64,000 nt of DNA from Alphaproteobacteria bacterium. Lineage in GTDB: Bacteria; Pseudomonadota; Alphaproteobacteria; GCA-2731375. Below, in pieces: positions 8,191 through 18,929 of the stretch. The notes beneath the pieces were generated by a model. That model made no database searches and was not told the origin of the DNA. It saw nothing but the letters and a program-made list of their open reading frames with translations. Within the stretch, counting starts at the first letter, position 1. Each line of letters begins with the position of its first letter. Location of the stretch: positions 3,872,001 to 3,936,000 of the forward strand of contig CBDDPY010000002.1 of assembly GCA_965232515.1 (NCBI GenBank). Reading direction: 5' to 3'. A program made the position numbers and the translations under genes.

Positions 8191-10065
8191 ATGTGGAAAC
8201 CGACCAAGTCTTATCATCGAGCGTCCGTCCGCCGACCGTTGCGGCGCATGGTTGTTGCCGCCTGGTCGGCCCTTTGCATTCTCGCTGCGCCGGCATCGGC
8301 GCAGACCGCCAGTCACCCACCGCCCGACATCGGATTGCTCGAGGATCCGACGACCCGGCTGCGGATCGACGAGGTCGCCGCGGCAGATAGCGCCAACGCC
8401 TTCCGGTCGGTCGACGCGTTGCCGATCAATATCGGCATTTCCGCCTCGGCGTTCTGGTTGCGTGTTCGATTGGCCGCCATGCCTTCGGCGCCCGATGACT
8501 GGCTGCTGCAGATCGGCACGCCGGCGCTCGACGCTATCCGTGTCCATGTCGCGCGCGGCGACGGCGCCTGGGAAACCATGCACGGCGGGGACCTGACACC
8601 GTTCGATGCGCGGCCATACCCGCATCGCAGCTTCGTGTTTCCCCTGCCGCGGCGCGACCGGGAGACCGTGATCTATGTCAGGGTCGCGAGCGAGGGCGGC
8701 ATCACCCTGCCGATCCGGGTTCTGCGGCGGTCCGAACTGCTGGCGGGCGATGTCACGAGCGTCGCCTTCTACGCCGCCTATTTCGCCATTTTGCTGACGC
8801 TGCTGGTTTACAACGCCTTCCTGCTGATGTCGGTGCGCGACGCCAGCTATCTGTTCTATGTGCTTTACCTCGGCTGCTTCGGCCTGCTGCAGTTTTCGCT
8901 CGCCGGCCTGGCGGCCCAGTTCCTCTGGTCCGACGCCGGCGGCTATGCGAATCAGCTCTACCTCCTGATGCTGGGCGGATCGATCGCGGCCGGCGGTGGC
9001 TTCGTTCGGTCGTTTCTGCAGACCGGGCAGCGCCGGGACTGGCTGCATTGGCTGTTGACGGCATGCTGTCTTGCCGCCCTGCTGGTCATCGTGCTGGCGC
9101 CGCTCCTGCCGTATCGGCCGCTGCTCGTCGCCCTGCTGCTGATCGCGGCCGTGTTGCTGCCGACCATCGTCGTTGCCATCGTGCGCGCGCATTGGCGCGG
9201 CTATCGCCCGGCGCGCTATCTGCTGCTGGCGTTCGGCGCCCTATTGCCCGGCTGCCTGCTCTATCTGCTGCGCACGGCCGGCATCATCGAAAGTTCGCCG
9301 CTGACGGAACACGCCATCGAGGTATCGACCGCGCTGGAGGCGCTGCTGCTGTCGTTCGCGCTCGCCGACCGCATCAACATCCTGGAAGCGGACAAAAGGG
9401 CGGCCGAAATCACGACGGCGCGCATGCGCGAACGCTTCTCACAGCAACTCATCCGTTCGCAGGAAGCCGACCGGCGGCGGATCGCCGGCGAGCTGCACGA
9501 TTCCATCGGGCAGAACCTGCTGGTGATCGCCAATACGCTGCGGCGGTTGACCGGCGGCGACGAGGCCCGGAACGACCCGGCCCGGCTGGCGTCGACGACC
9601 GAGCTGGCCCAGCAGACCATCGACGAGGTCCGCGAGATCGCCCGAGAGCTCCATCCGCATCAGCTCGAGCGTCTCGGCCCGTCGGAGGCCATCCGTGCCA
9701 TGCTGCATCAGGTATTCGATGCCAGCGCCGTATCGGTCGACAGCCGCATCGACGACATCGACACGCTGCTGCCGGCGGAGCGGGCGATTCACCTCTACCG
9801 CATCGCCCAGGAAGCGGCGACGAATGTCTTGCGGCATGCCGAGGCCACGACCTGCAGCTTCCGGCTGCAAAAGGATGGTCCAAGCCTGCGGCTACTGGTC
9901 GCCGACGATGGTCGCGGTATGATGCCCGGCAACGGCGCGGCCGAGGGCTTCGGCCTCGCCGGTCAGCGCGAGCGGGTCAACATGCTGGGGGGTCGGATGC
10001 GGCTTGGCGCCCGGGACGGCGGCGGGACGGTTCTGGAAGTCGATCTTCCGATCGACAACGGCTGA
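8191..10065 (+). CDS. Sensor histidine kinase with 7TM-DISM input domains and HisKA_3/HATPase (start uncertain, 8191 or 8248)
   Basis: Periplasmic DISMED2-like region (AFWLRVRL, RPYPHRSFVFPL), about 7 TM helices (YNAFL..YLFYVLY, EALLLSFALADRI), RRRIAGELHDSIGQ, EAATNVLRHA, DDGRG. Confidence 0.9.
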   Translation: MWKPTKSYHRASVRRPLRRMVVAAWSALCILAAPASAQTASHPPPDIGLLEDPTTRLRIDEVAAADSANAFRSVDALPINIGISASAFWLRVRLAAMPSAPDDWLLQIGTPALDAIRVHVARGDGAWETMHGGDLTPFDARPYPHRSFVFPLPRRDRETVIYVRVASEGGITLPIRVLRRSELLAGDVTSVAFYAAYFAILLTLLVYNAFLLMSVRDASYLFYVLYLGCFGLLQFSLAGLAAQFLWSDAGGYANQLYLLMLGGSIAAGGGFVRSFLQTGQRRDWLHWLLTACCLAALLVIVLAPLLPYRPLLVALLLIAAVLLPTIVVAIVRAHWRGYRPARYLLLAFGALLPGCLLYLLRTAGIIESSPLTEHAIEVSTALEALLLSFALADRINILEADKRAAEITTARMRERFSQQLIRSQEADRRRIAGELHDSIGQNLLVIANTLRRLTGGDEARNDPARLASTTELAQQTIDEVREIARELHPHQLERLGPSEAIRAMLHQVFDASAVSVDSRIDDIDTLLPAERAIHLYRIAQEAATNVLRHAEATTCSFRLQKDGPSLRLLVADDGRGMMPGNGAAEGFGLAGQRERVNMLGGRMRLGARDGGGTVLEVDLPIDNG

Positions 10066-10712
10066 TGAACGCGACCACCGTTCTGATCGCCGATGACCAC
10101 CCCGTGTTCCGGCACGGCCTGCGGGAAATCATCGAGGAATCCGATCGGTTCCATGTCGTGGCCGAAGCCGACGACGGCCAATCCGCGATCGGGCAGATCG
10201 ACCTGCTGCGGCCCGACGTCGCCATCCTGGATCTGTCCATGCCGGCGCGCGACGGCTTCGAGGTCGCCGAGTGGATCCGCGACAACGCCGCATCGGTGCG
10301 GACCGTGATCATGACCATGCATAACGAGCCGGCCTTTCTGCAGCGCGCCTGGGCCCTGAACGTGGCGGGCTATCTGCTGAAGGACGACGCGCATGACCAG
10401 GTGCTGAAATGTCTGGCCGCCGTGGCGCGTGGCGAGCGCTATGTCAGCCCCTCCATAGGCGCCGAGCGGCCGGTCAAGCATCCCGAGCCTGCAGCAGACA
10501 CCGATGCCGCGCTGATCGCGCGCCTGACGCCGGCCCAGCGGTCGATTCTCCGCCAGGTCGCCGAGTACAGAACAAGCAAGGAAATCGCCCGTAACCTGGG
10601 CCTCAGCCACCGCACGGTGCAGAACCACCGCACCAATATCGCCGGCACGCTCGGCCTCCAGGGCCGTAACCGGCTGCTGGAATTCGCGGTTCGCAACAAA
10701 TCGCTGCTCTGA
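10065..10712 (+). CDS. NarL/FixJ-family response regulator (REC + LuxR HTH)
   Basis: TGATG overlap with the kinase stop; LIADDHPVFRHGL, DLSMP, GYLLKD, TSKEIARNLGLSHRTVQNHRTNI. Confidence 0.93.
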   Translation: MNATTVLIADDHPVFRHGLREIIEESDRFHVVAEADDGQSAIGQIDLLRPDVAILDLSMPARDGFEVAEWIRDNAASVRTVIMTMHNEPAFLQRAWALNVAGYLLKDDAHDQVLKCLAAVARGERYVSPSIGAERPVKHPEPAADTDAALIARLTPAQRSILRQVAEYRTSKEIARNLGLSHRTVQNHRTNIAGTLGLQGRNRLLEFAVRNKSLL

Positions 10713-10741
10713 CGGCGCCGCGACGGGGCGGCGCCCCGACC

Positions 10742-10757
10742 TGAGTACATGTGCTCA
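10742..10757. promoter_or_regulatory. Imperfect palindrome, candidate response-regulator binding site
   Basis: TGAGTAC-AT-GTGCTCA between the response regulator and the downstream surface-protein gene. Confidence 0.4.
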
Positions 10758-10915
10758 TGCGCCGGGTATCCACCTCCATTCAGTCCCGCCGTCGCCAAGC
10801 CTAGGCTCTTGCCAAGCCGACAAAGCGTGCCGTGCCGCCTCGTAGGCGACGGTCACGCCGGTCTGGCCAAATCCAAGGAGGGCAATCCAGTACCACCACG
10901 GGAGGAGTTTCCCCC

Positions 10916-11779
10916 ATGTACCGTAGCAATCGATTCCTGATCGCCATCGCCGTCGCGTCGGCGCTGTTTGCCGCCGCCACGGCGCGCGCCGGCGTGATAA
11001 CGGCCAGCACCCAGCCCGGCCTTTCCTACACCTATACGCCGATGTTCGGCTTCCTCAACTATCTCGCCACGGGCTTTCCCGTCAGCCGGGATGTCTGCCG
11101 CAACAGCGTTTCCGGTCAGCGTTGCTCGTTGACGGCCGGCACGACGATCAACCTGCCGAAATTCGACGCCGGGCTCGGGACGCTGACGCAGGCCGAGCTC
11201 ACATTCACGCTCAGCCACAGCTATCTGGCCGTCGTCAGCAACAACCGGTTCGGCACCACGCATTCGGGCCCGATCACGGTGAACGATGTCGGCAGCGGCT
11301 TCCGCGTCGCCTTGAGCCGCATCACCAATGCCGACTTGGGATTGGACCGGTTTGTCCTGAACCGCTCCGAAGGCCCGGCGACGGTGTCGGCGTTCCTGCG
11401 GTTCGGCAACGCGACAACCCGGTTCGGGCCGGGCTTGCGGGCTGAGACATTCAGCATCGTGTTGACCGATGCGGCTTCGCTCGCGGCCCTGACCGGACCC
11501 GGCGCGTTGGGCTTCGACGTCTCGTCGACCGGCGACCAGACCGTCACCGGCATCAACGACCTGACCCTGCGCGGCGTCTCGGTCAACCCGTCGACGCTGG
11601 CGGTGGGCGAGTTTTCAAGGACGTTCTTCCCGGTCATCGAGGCCAGCTACACCTTCGAGGAACCGGTGGTCGAACCGCCGGTCGCGGCGGTGTCCGAGCC
11701 TTCCTCCGCCGGCCTGATGGCGATGGGACTCCTCGGCATCGGCCTGGCCCGCGTCCGCCGGCGTCGTCGAACCGTCTGA
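10916..11779 (+). CDS. Exported choice-of-anchor E-like protein with PEP-CTERM-like (VSEP) sorting signal
   Basis: RBS GGAGGAG, signal peptide ending ATARA, LPKFDAGLGTLTQ motif, C-terminus VSEPSSAGLMAMGLLGIGLARVRRRRR (motif + TM + Arg cluster). Confidence 0.8.
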   Translation: MYRSNRFLIAIAVASALFAAATARAGVITASTQPGLSYTYTPMFGFLNYLATGFPVSRDVCRNSVSGQRCSLTAGTTINLPKFDAGLGTLTQAELTFTLSHSYLAVVSNNRFGTTHSGPITVNDVGSGFRVALSRITNADLGLDRFVLNRSEGPATVSAFLRFGNATTRFGPGLRAETFSIVLTDAASLAALTGPGALGFDVSSTGDQTVTGINDLTLRGVSVNPSTLAVGEFSRTFFPVIEASYTFEEPVVEPPVAAVSEPSSAGLMAMGLLGIGLARVRRRRRTV

Positions 11780-11785
11780 TCCGGG

Positions 11786-12253
11786 TCAGTTGCGGCGCGG
11801 GATGAACCTGTCGGCCTTGAGGCGGGCCGCGATGATCTCCACCGGCGTCATGGCGCCGGCGATCTCGTCGCGGCGGCCGGCGGCCCAGGCATGGTCCTGC
11901 CGCGCCGCCAGCTCCAGCCACATATAGGCCTGCACCAGATCATGCGGCACGCCATGGCCGCGGGCGTAGTAGTCGCCCAGATTGAGCTGTCCCGTGACGT
12001 TGCCCTGATCGGCCGCCCGGGCGTACCAGCGGGCGGCTTCGGCCGGATCGAGGGGCACGCCCGTGCCCTGGGCATAGAGGTTGGCCAGCGCCACCTGGGC
12101 CAGCGGATCGCCGGCCTCGGCGAGCGGACGCCACTCGGCATAGGCCGTCGCATAGTCGCCGGCGTCGAACGCCTGCAGCCCGTCTGCCAGGTCCGCATCG
12201 ACGGACGTCAGCGGTGTCAGAACGAATACGATGGCCAGCAGATACCGGCGCAT
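11786..12253 (-). CDS. Sel1-like repeat exported protein
   Basis: Signal peptide, LAEAGDPLAQVALANLYAQGTGVP, AARWYARAADQG, GVPHDLVQAYMWLELAA. Confidence 0.9.
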   Translation of the reverse strand: MRRYLLAIVFVLTPLTSVDADLADGLQAFDAGDYATAYAEWRPLAEAGDPLAQVALANLYAQGTGVPLDPAEAARWYARAADQGNVTGQLNLGDYYARGHGVPHDLVQAYMWLELAARQDHAWAAGRRDEIAGAMTPVEIIAARLKADRFIPRRN

Positions 12254-12373
12254 GGCCGCACCTCCATATCGGCGATCGAACGGTGATCATAAGCCAATCC
12301 GCGATGCGGACCCGGCTCACGCTTCGGTGTGCCGGAACACATCCGCGTGACCGGCCGGGCCGGTCGACGAAGC

Positions 12374-12721
12374 TCAGAACAGCGGTTTCCGAATAACCAA
12401 TTGGCCGTCGGCGCCCAGCTTGCCGCGTGCCTGGCTGCGGCGGTTGAGCTTGGCCTGCGCGGCGTCCGAGAAATCGGTTAGGCCGATCACGTTCTTCGAG
12501 ATCAGGATGTCGACCAGATCCTCGATCAGGCGGGCCATCTCGCCATCGCTATTGGCCAGGAAGGCCAGCGCCGCGGCGCGGCCGGCATCGTGGTCGAGCC
12601 CGGCGAACAGAAACGACTGCAGCGCCGGATCGTCGGCCGCCACCGCCTCGTCGGCCTCTGAACAGGGGGCGGCGAACAGCGCTTCGATGCTGCCGTCGGT
12701 GGCCCGTTTCGCGTATGGCAT
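12374..12721 (-). CDS. Conserved hypothetical protein (family often labelled tryptophan synthase beta-like)
   Basis: MPYAKR..DGSIEAL N-terminus and SDGEMARLIEDLVDILISKNVI..TDFSDAAQAKL..R pattern. Confidence 0.65.
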   Translation of the reverse strand: MPYAKRATDGSIEALFAAPCSEADEAVAADDPALQSFLFAGLDHDAGRAAALAFLANSDGEMARLIEDLVDILISKNVIGLTDFSDAAQAKLNRRSQARGKLGADGQLVIRKPLF

Positions 12722-12839
12722 GCGGATCCTCGATTGGCGACGCAGGTCCCCCGATCATCGCCGGCAACCGGTTTCGGTTCAGTTAAACGCGGTAGGGCCA
12801 CCCGGTAGGGGCACGCGGTAGGATGCAAGGTAGGGCTAA

Positions 12840-14452
<1,613 letters not shown>

Positions 14453-14459
14453 CGCCACC

Positions 14460-15239
14460 TCACCTGTCGAGGAAGCGCAGCACGGTGTCCGCCACCTTGT
14501 CCGGCGCATCCAGATCCGCCAGATGGCCCGCGTCGGGAACGATTTCAATGCTGACATCGCCGGCGATCCGCTCGGCGAAACGCCCGGCATAGTCCGGCGA
14601 GACGACATTGTCGGCATCGCCCCACATCAGCAGGACTCGCTGCCGCAAGCGGTGCAGCCGCTTGCCCAATCCCGTATCCGAAATGGGCCAGAGCAGCCGG
14701 GCCGCCGCCTCGCTGGCGCGGGTTTGGATGATCGACCACTCCGCCGCGTCCGCGCCATCCGGTGGAACGCCAAGACGGGCGTAGTTCTCGGGATCCCGGC
14801 ACAGCAAACCGGCGGCCTCGCCCGGTCGCTGGGCAAAGATGTCGGCCACCGGATCGTCCGGGTCGAACAGGCCGAGCGGCGCGATCAACACCAGGCGCCC
14901 GGCGGACGGCCAGAGCGCCGCCACATCGGCCAGCAGCGCGCCGCCGACCGACGCGCCGATCATATCGGCGCCGTCCAGCCCCGCGGCCCGCAGCAGATCG
15001 TGGGTCGCCAGCAGCCAGTCGAGCTGACTGTCCAGCAGGTCGTGCCCCTCGCCGCCCGGGAACCCCGGCAGCGACGGCACCACGACCCGGCGGGTTTCGG
15101 ACAGGCGATCGAGGAACGGCGTCCAGGCCTGCAGCCCACCGATGCCGGCGAGATAGCCGACCGCCGGCCCCTCGCCCTTCTCCCAGACCCGGCAGGTCCG
15201 GTCGTTGACCGTGACAGACCGCTCGCGGAGCCCGCTCAC
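14460..15239 (-). CDS. Alpha/beta fold hydrolase
   Basis: GTG start overlapping the LLM stop (GTGA); PSLPGFPG, nucleophile elbow GASVGG, WGDADNVV, AGHLADLD. Confidence 0.88.
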   Translation of the reverse strand: MSGLRERSVTVNDRTCRVWEKGEGPAVGYLAGIGGLQAWTPFLDRLSETRRVVVPSLPGFPGGEGHDLLDSQLDWLLATHDLLRAAGLDGADMIGASVGGALLADVAALWPSAGRLVLIAPLGLFDPDDPVADIFAQRPGEAAGLLCRDPENYARLGVPPDGADAAEWSIIQTRASEAAARLLWPISDTGLGKRLHRLRQRVLLMWGDADNVVSPDYAGRFAERIAGDVSIEIVPDAGHLADLDAPDKVADTVLRFLDR

Positions 15240-16495
15240 GACGCCAGCACCGCCGGCCGCGCCGCCGCGCCGGTCATGCGCCGCGGGCCCGGCATCGGCT
15301 GCGGCCACCAATGATCCTGCCAGCGGTCGTCGAACAGATCGCGCAGCTGCGGCATCACCTTCTCGGCGAACAGTCTGGTGTTGTTGTCGACGACGTCGCG
15401 GCCCATGTTGCCGAACTGCATCAGCAGCATCAGATGGCCGACATTCAGGTCGCTCGCCACCTCGCGCAGCCGAGCCGCGACCTCGTCGGGATTGCCGACG
15501 ATCACATAGCCGTTCTCGAGAATGCCCTCGAAATCGCGCGAGATACCGGAGACACGCTCGTAATTGCTGGCAAGCTTGCTGGCCGAGCGGGCCCGCGCGC
15601 GCAGCGTTTCCTCGCTCGTATGCCCCGGCGGCGTGGCGTAGCGCGGATCGACATGCAGGCAGCGGCCGTAGAAGTATTCCGCCGGCTCGCGGTAAAGACG
15701 GTGCGCCTCCTCGGTGGTCTCGGCCACGCCGACGAATTGCAGGAAGCCGGCCCGATACGGATTCCGGTCCTTGCCCAGCCGGTCCATCTCGTCCCAGAAG
15801 CCGTCCATGGTCTTCTGCGCGGCCTTGTAGCCGAAATACGAGAGATAGCAGTAGACGTAGTCCATCTCGGCGCACCAGCGCCAGGTCTCGACCGACCCGC
15901 CGCCCGGAATCCAGATCGGTGGATGCGGTTTCTGCAGCGGCCGCGGCCAGACATTCACATAGCGCAGCTGGTTGAAGCGGCCATTGAAGGCGAACGGCGC
16001 CTCTTCCTGCCAGGCTCGCATGACCAGATCGTGCGCCTCGTAGTAGCGCTGCCGCAGCATGCTCGGGTTCTGGCCATAGGCGTAGCAGGTGTCCATGGGC
16101 GAGCCGACCGGAAAGCCGGCGATAACGCGGCCGCCGGAGATGCAGTCGATCATCGCCATCTCCTCGGCGACACGGATCGGCGGGTTATAGAGCGCCAGCG
16201 AATTGCCGAGGATGCAGAGCGCGGCGTCGTCCGTCCGGCGGGCGAGCGCGGCGGCGATCAGGTTCGGTGACGGCATCATGCCGTAGCCGTTCGAATGATG
16301 TTCGTTGACGCAGATGCCGTCGAAACCGCAATCGGCGGCGTATTCGAGCTCGTCCATGAAGTCGTTGTACATCAGGTGCGCGCGCGCCGGATCGAACAGG
16401 CCGGGATCGACGTCGACCCAGACAGACCGATGCCGTTCGCGAAAATCGTCCGGCAACTCGGTATACGGCATCAAATGGAACCAGAGCAGCTTCAT
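15236..16495 (-). CDS. LLM-class (luciferase-like) flavin-dependent oxidoreductase
   Basis: MKLLWFHLMPY, GFDGICVNEHH, MMPSPNL, PIRVAEEMAMIDCISGGR, WPRPLQKPHPPIW, LFAEKVMP. Confidence 0.93.
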   Translation of the reverse strand: MKLLWFHLMPYTELPDDFRERHRSVWVDVDPGLFDPARAHLMYNDFMDELEYAADCGFDGICVNEHHSNGYGMMPSPNLIAAALARRTDDAALCILGNSLALYNPPIRVAEEMAMIDCISGGRVIAGFPVGSPMDTCYAYGQNPSMLRQRYYEAHDLVMRAWQEEAPFAFNGRFNQLRYVNVWPRPLQKPHPPIWIPGGGSVETWRWCAEMDYVYCYLSYFGYKAAQKTMDGFWDEMDRLGKDRNPYRAGFLQFVGVAETTEEAHRLYREPAEYFYGRCLHVDPRYATPPGHTSEETLRARARSASKLASNYERVSGISRDFEGILENGYVIVGNPDEVAARLREVASDLNVGHLMLLMQFGNMGRDVVDNNTRLFAEKVMPQLRDLFDDRWQDHWWPQPMPGPRRMTGAAARPAVLAS

Positions 16496-16653
16496 ACGTC
16501 GCACCTCCCTCGCACCGCCTCGACAACAGCCGACACCCTGTCGAGAAGCGTAGGTCGCGCGATGGCCGCGAGGCAATTCGAGATTTTTGGACCGCGATCC
16601 GGGCGCATGCCATCACCATGCCGCCCGGGCCGCGGAGCATCCGAAGCAGGGGA

Positions 16654-16758
16654 TTAAGCCAGGAGGCCGACGCCGGTCAGTATGGCCAGCCAAACGCTGA
16701 TACCGGCGGCAAATACGTGCAGCGCCGTACGCCAGTCTTGGATCAGCATGAGAGTCAT
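16654..16758 (-). CDS. Putative 34-aa small membrane protein (below ORF-track cutoff)
   Basis: MTLMLIQDWRTALHVFAAGISVWLAILTGVGLLA; one hydrophobic helix, in intergenic space, weak RBS. Confidence 0.45.
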   Translation of the reverse strand: MTLMLIQDWRTALHVFAAGISVWLAILTGVGLLA

Positions 16759-16857
16759 CTCGGTTCTTCTGTTGGCTTTGTTTTTAGTAATACCTGATAT
16801 TGGGCCGACCGACCGCCGTTCACGTGAGCGTCGTCACTCCAGGTTCACATTTTTCAG

Positions 16858-16891
16858 AAAAACGGCCCCGCCGGCAGAGCCGGCAGGGCCG
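16858..16891 (-). terminator. Rho-independent terminator
   Basis: Minus strand CGGCCCTGCCGGC-TCT-GCCGGCGGGGCCG followed by TTTTT. Confidence 0.7.
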
Positions 16892-16987
16892 ATGCACACG
16901 TCACCGATTCACCCGTTCTTGGGAGGTATGCATCCAAGGCCATAATTCATCCAGGCAGTCTGCGGGGTGGGCCTGGATGAGACCCGA

Positions 16988-17293
16988 TCAGGATGCACGA
17001 ACGGCCTGTACCGGTTGCTCGCCGCCATCGAGCAGACGTGCGCCGTACTCGCGCCACCAGTATTCGAAGGCGCATTCCTGGACGCCGGCGCCATCGTCGA
17101 GCCAGTCCAGCTCGTAGGCGCCATCGCCCCAAATCTCGAGGCAAAGCTGAAATTCTTCTCCCTTGATCTCGAATTTCGCCATGCCGGTGGTCAGCTTCAC
17201 TTCAACCGCGCCGTCGAGTTTCTGTTGCTGCCCGCAGTGCATCTTCAGAACCTCATACAGCGCACTTATTCTCTCCGCAGGTGTCTGGAGCAT
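16988..17293 (-). CDS. Hypothetical protein (101 aa, acidic, Trp/Cys-rich)
   Basis: RBS-like GGGGATAGGAAG, protein-like composition unlike the GC shadow ORFs, terminator downstream. Confidence 0.65.
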   Translation of the reverse strand: MLQTPAERISALYEVLKMHCGQQQKLDGAVEVKLTTGMAKFEIKGEEFQLCLEIWGDGAYELDWLDDGAGVQECAFEYWWREYGARLLDGGEQPVQAVRAS

Positions 17294-17455
17294 TCTTCCT
17301 ATCCCCCAATGACAACATCAAACCGATGCCCCACACTTTTTGTTCCGCCATTGTTGTCGCATCCTGGTATGGCCATCTGTGAAGTGGTTCACAGACGCGG
17401 AGAAATTTCACTGAACGACCGCACGCAGATCCGAATCGATGCACAGGAATGGACG

Positions 17456-17929
17456 ATGAAATTTGTCAGCTTCGCCGCCGCCGTTTTTCTGACAACAGCG
17501 GCGTTCGCCGACCGGCCGGCCACCGCCGAAGAGGTCGGTTGCGTGACCACGGCCTGGAAACTGCTCGGCGCCAATCACAAGGTTTGCGTCGAGGCGTTCG
17601 AGGATCCGAAGGTGCCGGGCATCGCCTGCCACCTGAGCCGGGCCAAGACCGGCGGCATCAAGGGCAGCCTGGGCCTGGCCGAGGACCCGTCGCGGTTCGC
17701 CATCGCCTGCCGTCAGGTCGGGCCGATCACGCTGCCGCGCGAGATGGAGGAGAACGAGGTGGTCTTCGACGAGGACACCTCGATCCTGTTCAAGGAAACC
17801 CGCGTCGTCCGCATGTTCGACGAAGCCCACAACACGCTTGTGTATCTGGTCTACAGCACCAAGCTTATCGACGGCTCGCCGATGAACAGCGTCTCCACCG
17901 TGCCGGTACGCCCCTGGCCGGGCGGTTGA
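17456..17929 (+). CDS. creA: CreA family periplasmic protein
   Basis: Signal peptide, EAFEDPKVPGIACHLSRAKTGGIKGSLGLAEDPS..IACRQVGPI, LIDGSPMNSVS. Confidence 0.92.
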   Translation: MKFVSFAAAVFLTTAAFADRPATAEEVGCVTTAWKLLGANHKVCVEAFEDPKVPGIACHLSRAKTGGIKGSLGLAEDPSRFAIACRQVGPITLPREMEENEVVFDEDTSILFKETRVVRMFDEAHNTLVYLVYSTKLIDGSPMNSVSTVPVRPWPGG

Positions 17930-17945
17930 GCGGGTTCTTCGAGCG

Positions 17946-18929
17946 TTAGGCCAGAGCCTGCGGCCCCATGGCCGCCAGCAGCAGCAGAGCCCCAAATCCC
18001 AGCACCGCGAACGCGCCGACCGCCGCCAGACCGGTATGCAGCCGGCCGGCCCATTTCACGTTCGCGCCGGCGAGCCGCATGGCGAACTGGCGCGACATCA
18101 CCGTCATCGCCGCCAGCGCCGAGACCGTGATCGCCGTGCCGACCGACATGGCGAAGGTGGCGCCGATGCCGACCACAAACAGCCCGTGCGCCAGCGTGAA
18201 TAGCAGAATGATCACAGCGCCGCTGCAGGGGCGGATGCCGACGGCCATGACCACGGCCGCGACCCGGCCAAGCCCGCCACCCGGCTTTATGTCGACCTCG
18301 GCCACGCCGTGACTGTGCCCGCATCCGTGTCCGTGACCGTCGTGATCATGGTGGTGATGGCCATGCCGCCGGTCGGCGACGATGCCGTAAAGCATCCAAA
18401 GACCGACGCCGATCACCAGGACATAGCTGGCGATCTCGAGATAGCGGACGCTGCCCGTGGTCTCGAAGCGCGACAGATCGAGCAGGATCGCCAGCACACC
18501 GACCAGCGCGATGGCCGACAGCGCCTGCACGAACGACGCCAGGAACGAAATCGCGATACCGCGTTTCAACCGGCTGGCGTCGGCCAGCAGATAGGACGAA
18601 ATCACGATCTTGCCATGGCCCGGTCCGACGGCATGGAAAATGCCGTAGAGAAAAGCCAAGAACGCCAGGCTCAATGCCGGCAGTAACGAATCCGAGCCCT
18701 TCATCTCGCGCACGACGGCGGCCAGATCCCGCTGCAGCTTGAACTGCGCGTCGCGGACCTTTTGCAGCAGGGAAGACAGTAATCCGGGTTCCGATGCCCC
18801 GGCCGTTGTCTGACCCGACGACGGCCCCGTCAGCGACGCCTGCGCATATGCCGATGACGACGGGCCCAAAGCGACGACAAGGCCGAACAGCAGGACCGCA
18901 ACAAGAACCGTAACGCGGTCAGCCGTCAT
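17946..18929 (-). CDS. Nickel/cobalt transporter family (NicO/RcnA, ZevB-like) membrane protein
   Basis: YGIFHAVGPGHGK, His-rich loop HGHHHHDHDGHGHGCGHSH, GIRPCSGA. Confidence 0.9.
   Translation of the reverse strand: MTADRVTVLVAVLLFGLVVALGPSSSAYAQASLTGPSSGQTTAGASEPGLLSSLLQKVRDAQFKLQRDLAAVVREMKGSDSLLPALSLAFLAFLYGIFHAVGPGHGKIVISSYLLADASRLKRGIAISFLASFVQALSAIALVGVLAILLDLSRFETTGSVRYLEIASYVLVIGVGLWMLYGIVADRRHGHHHHDHDGHGHGCGHSHGVAEVDIKPGGGLGRVAAVVMAVGIRPCSGAVIILLFTLAHGLFVVGIGATFAMSVGTAITVSALAAMTVMSRQFAMRLAGANVKWAGRLHTGLAAVGAFAVLGFGALLLLAAMGPQALA

Noticed and set aside
9048-10064. 554-aa ORF suggesting a fused or extended response regulator
   Set aside because: The upstream part is an alternative frame of the kinase; the regulator starts at the TGATG overlap at 10065.
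16967-17455. Long N-terminal extension of CreA (320-aa ORF)
   Set aside because: The extension is the antisense of the 101-aa gene; the real CreA starts at 17456 with a signal peptide.
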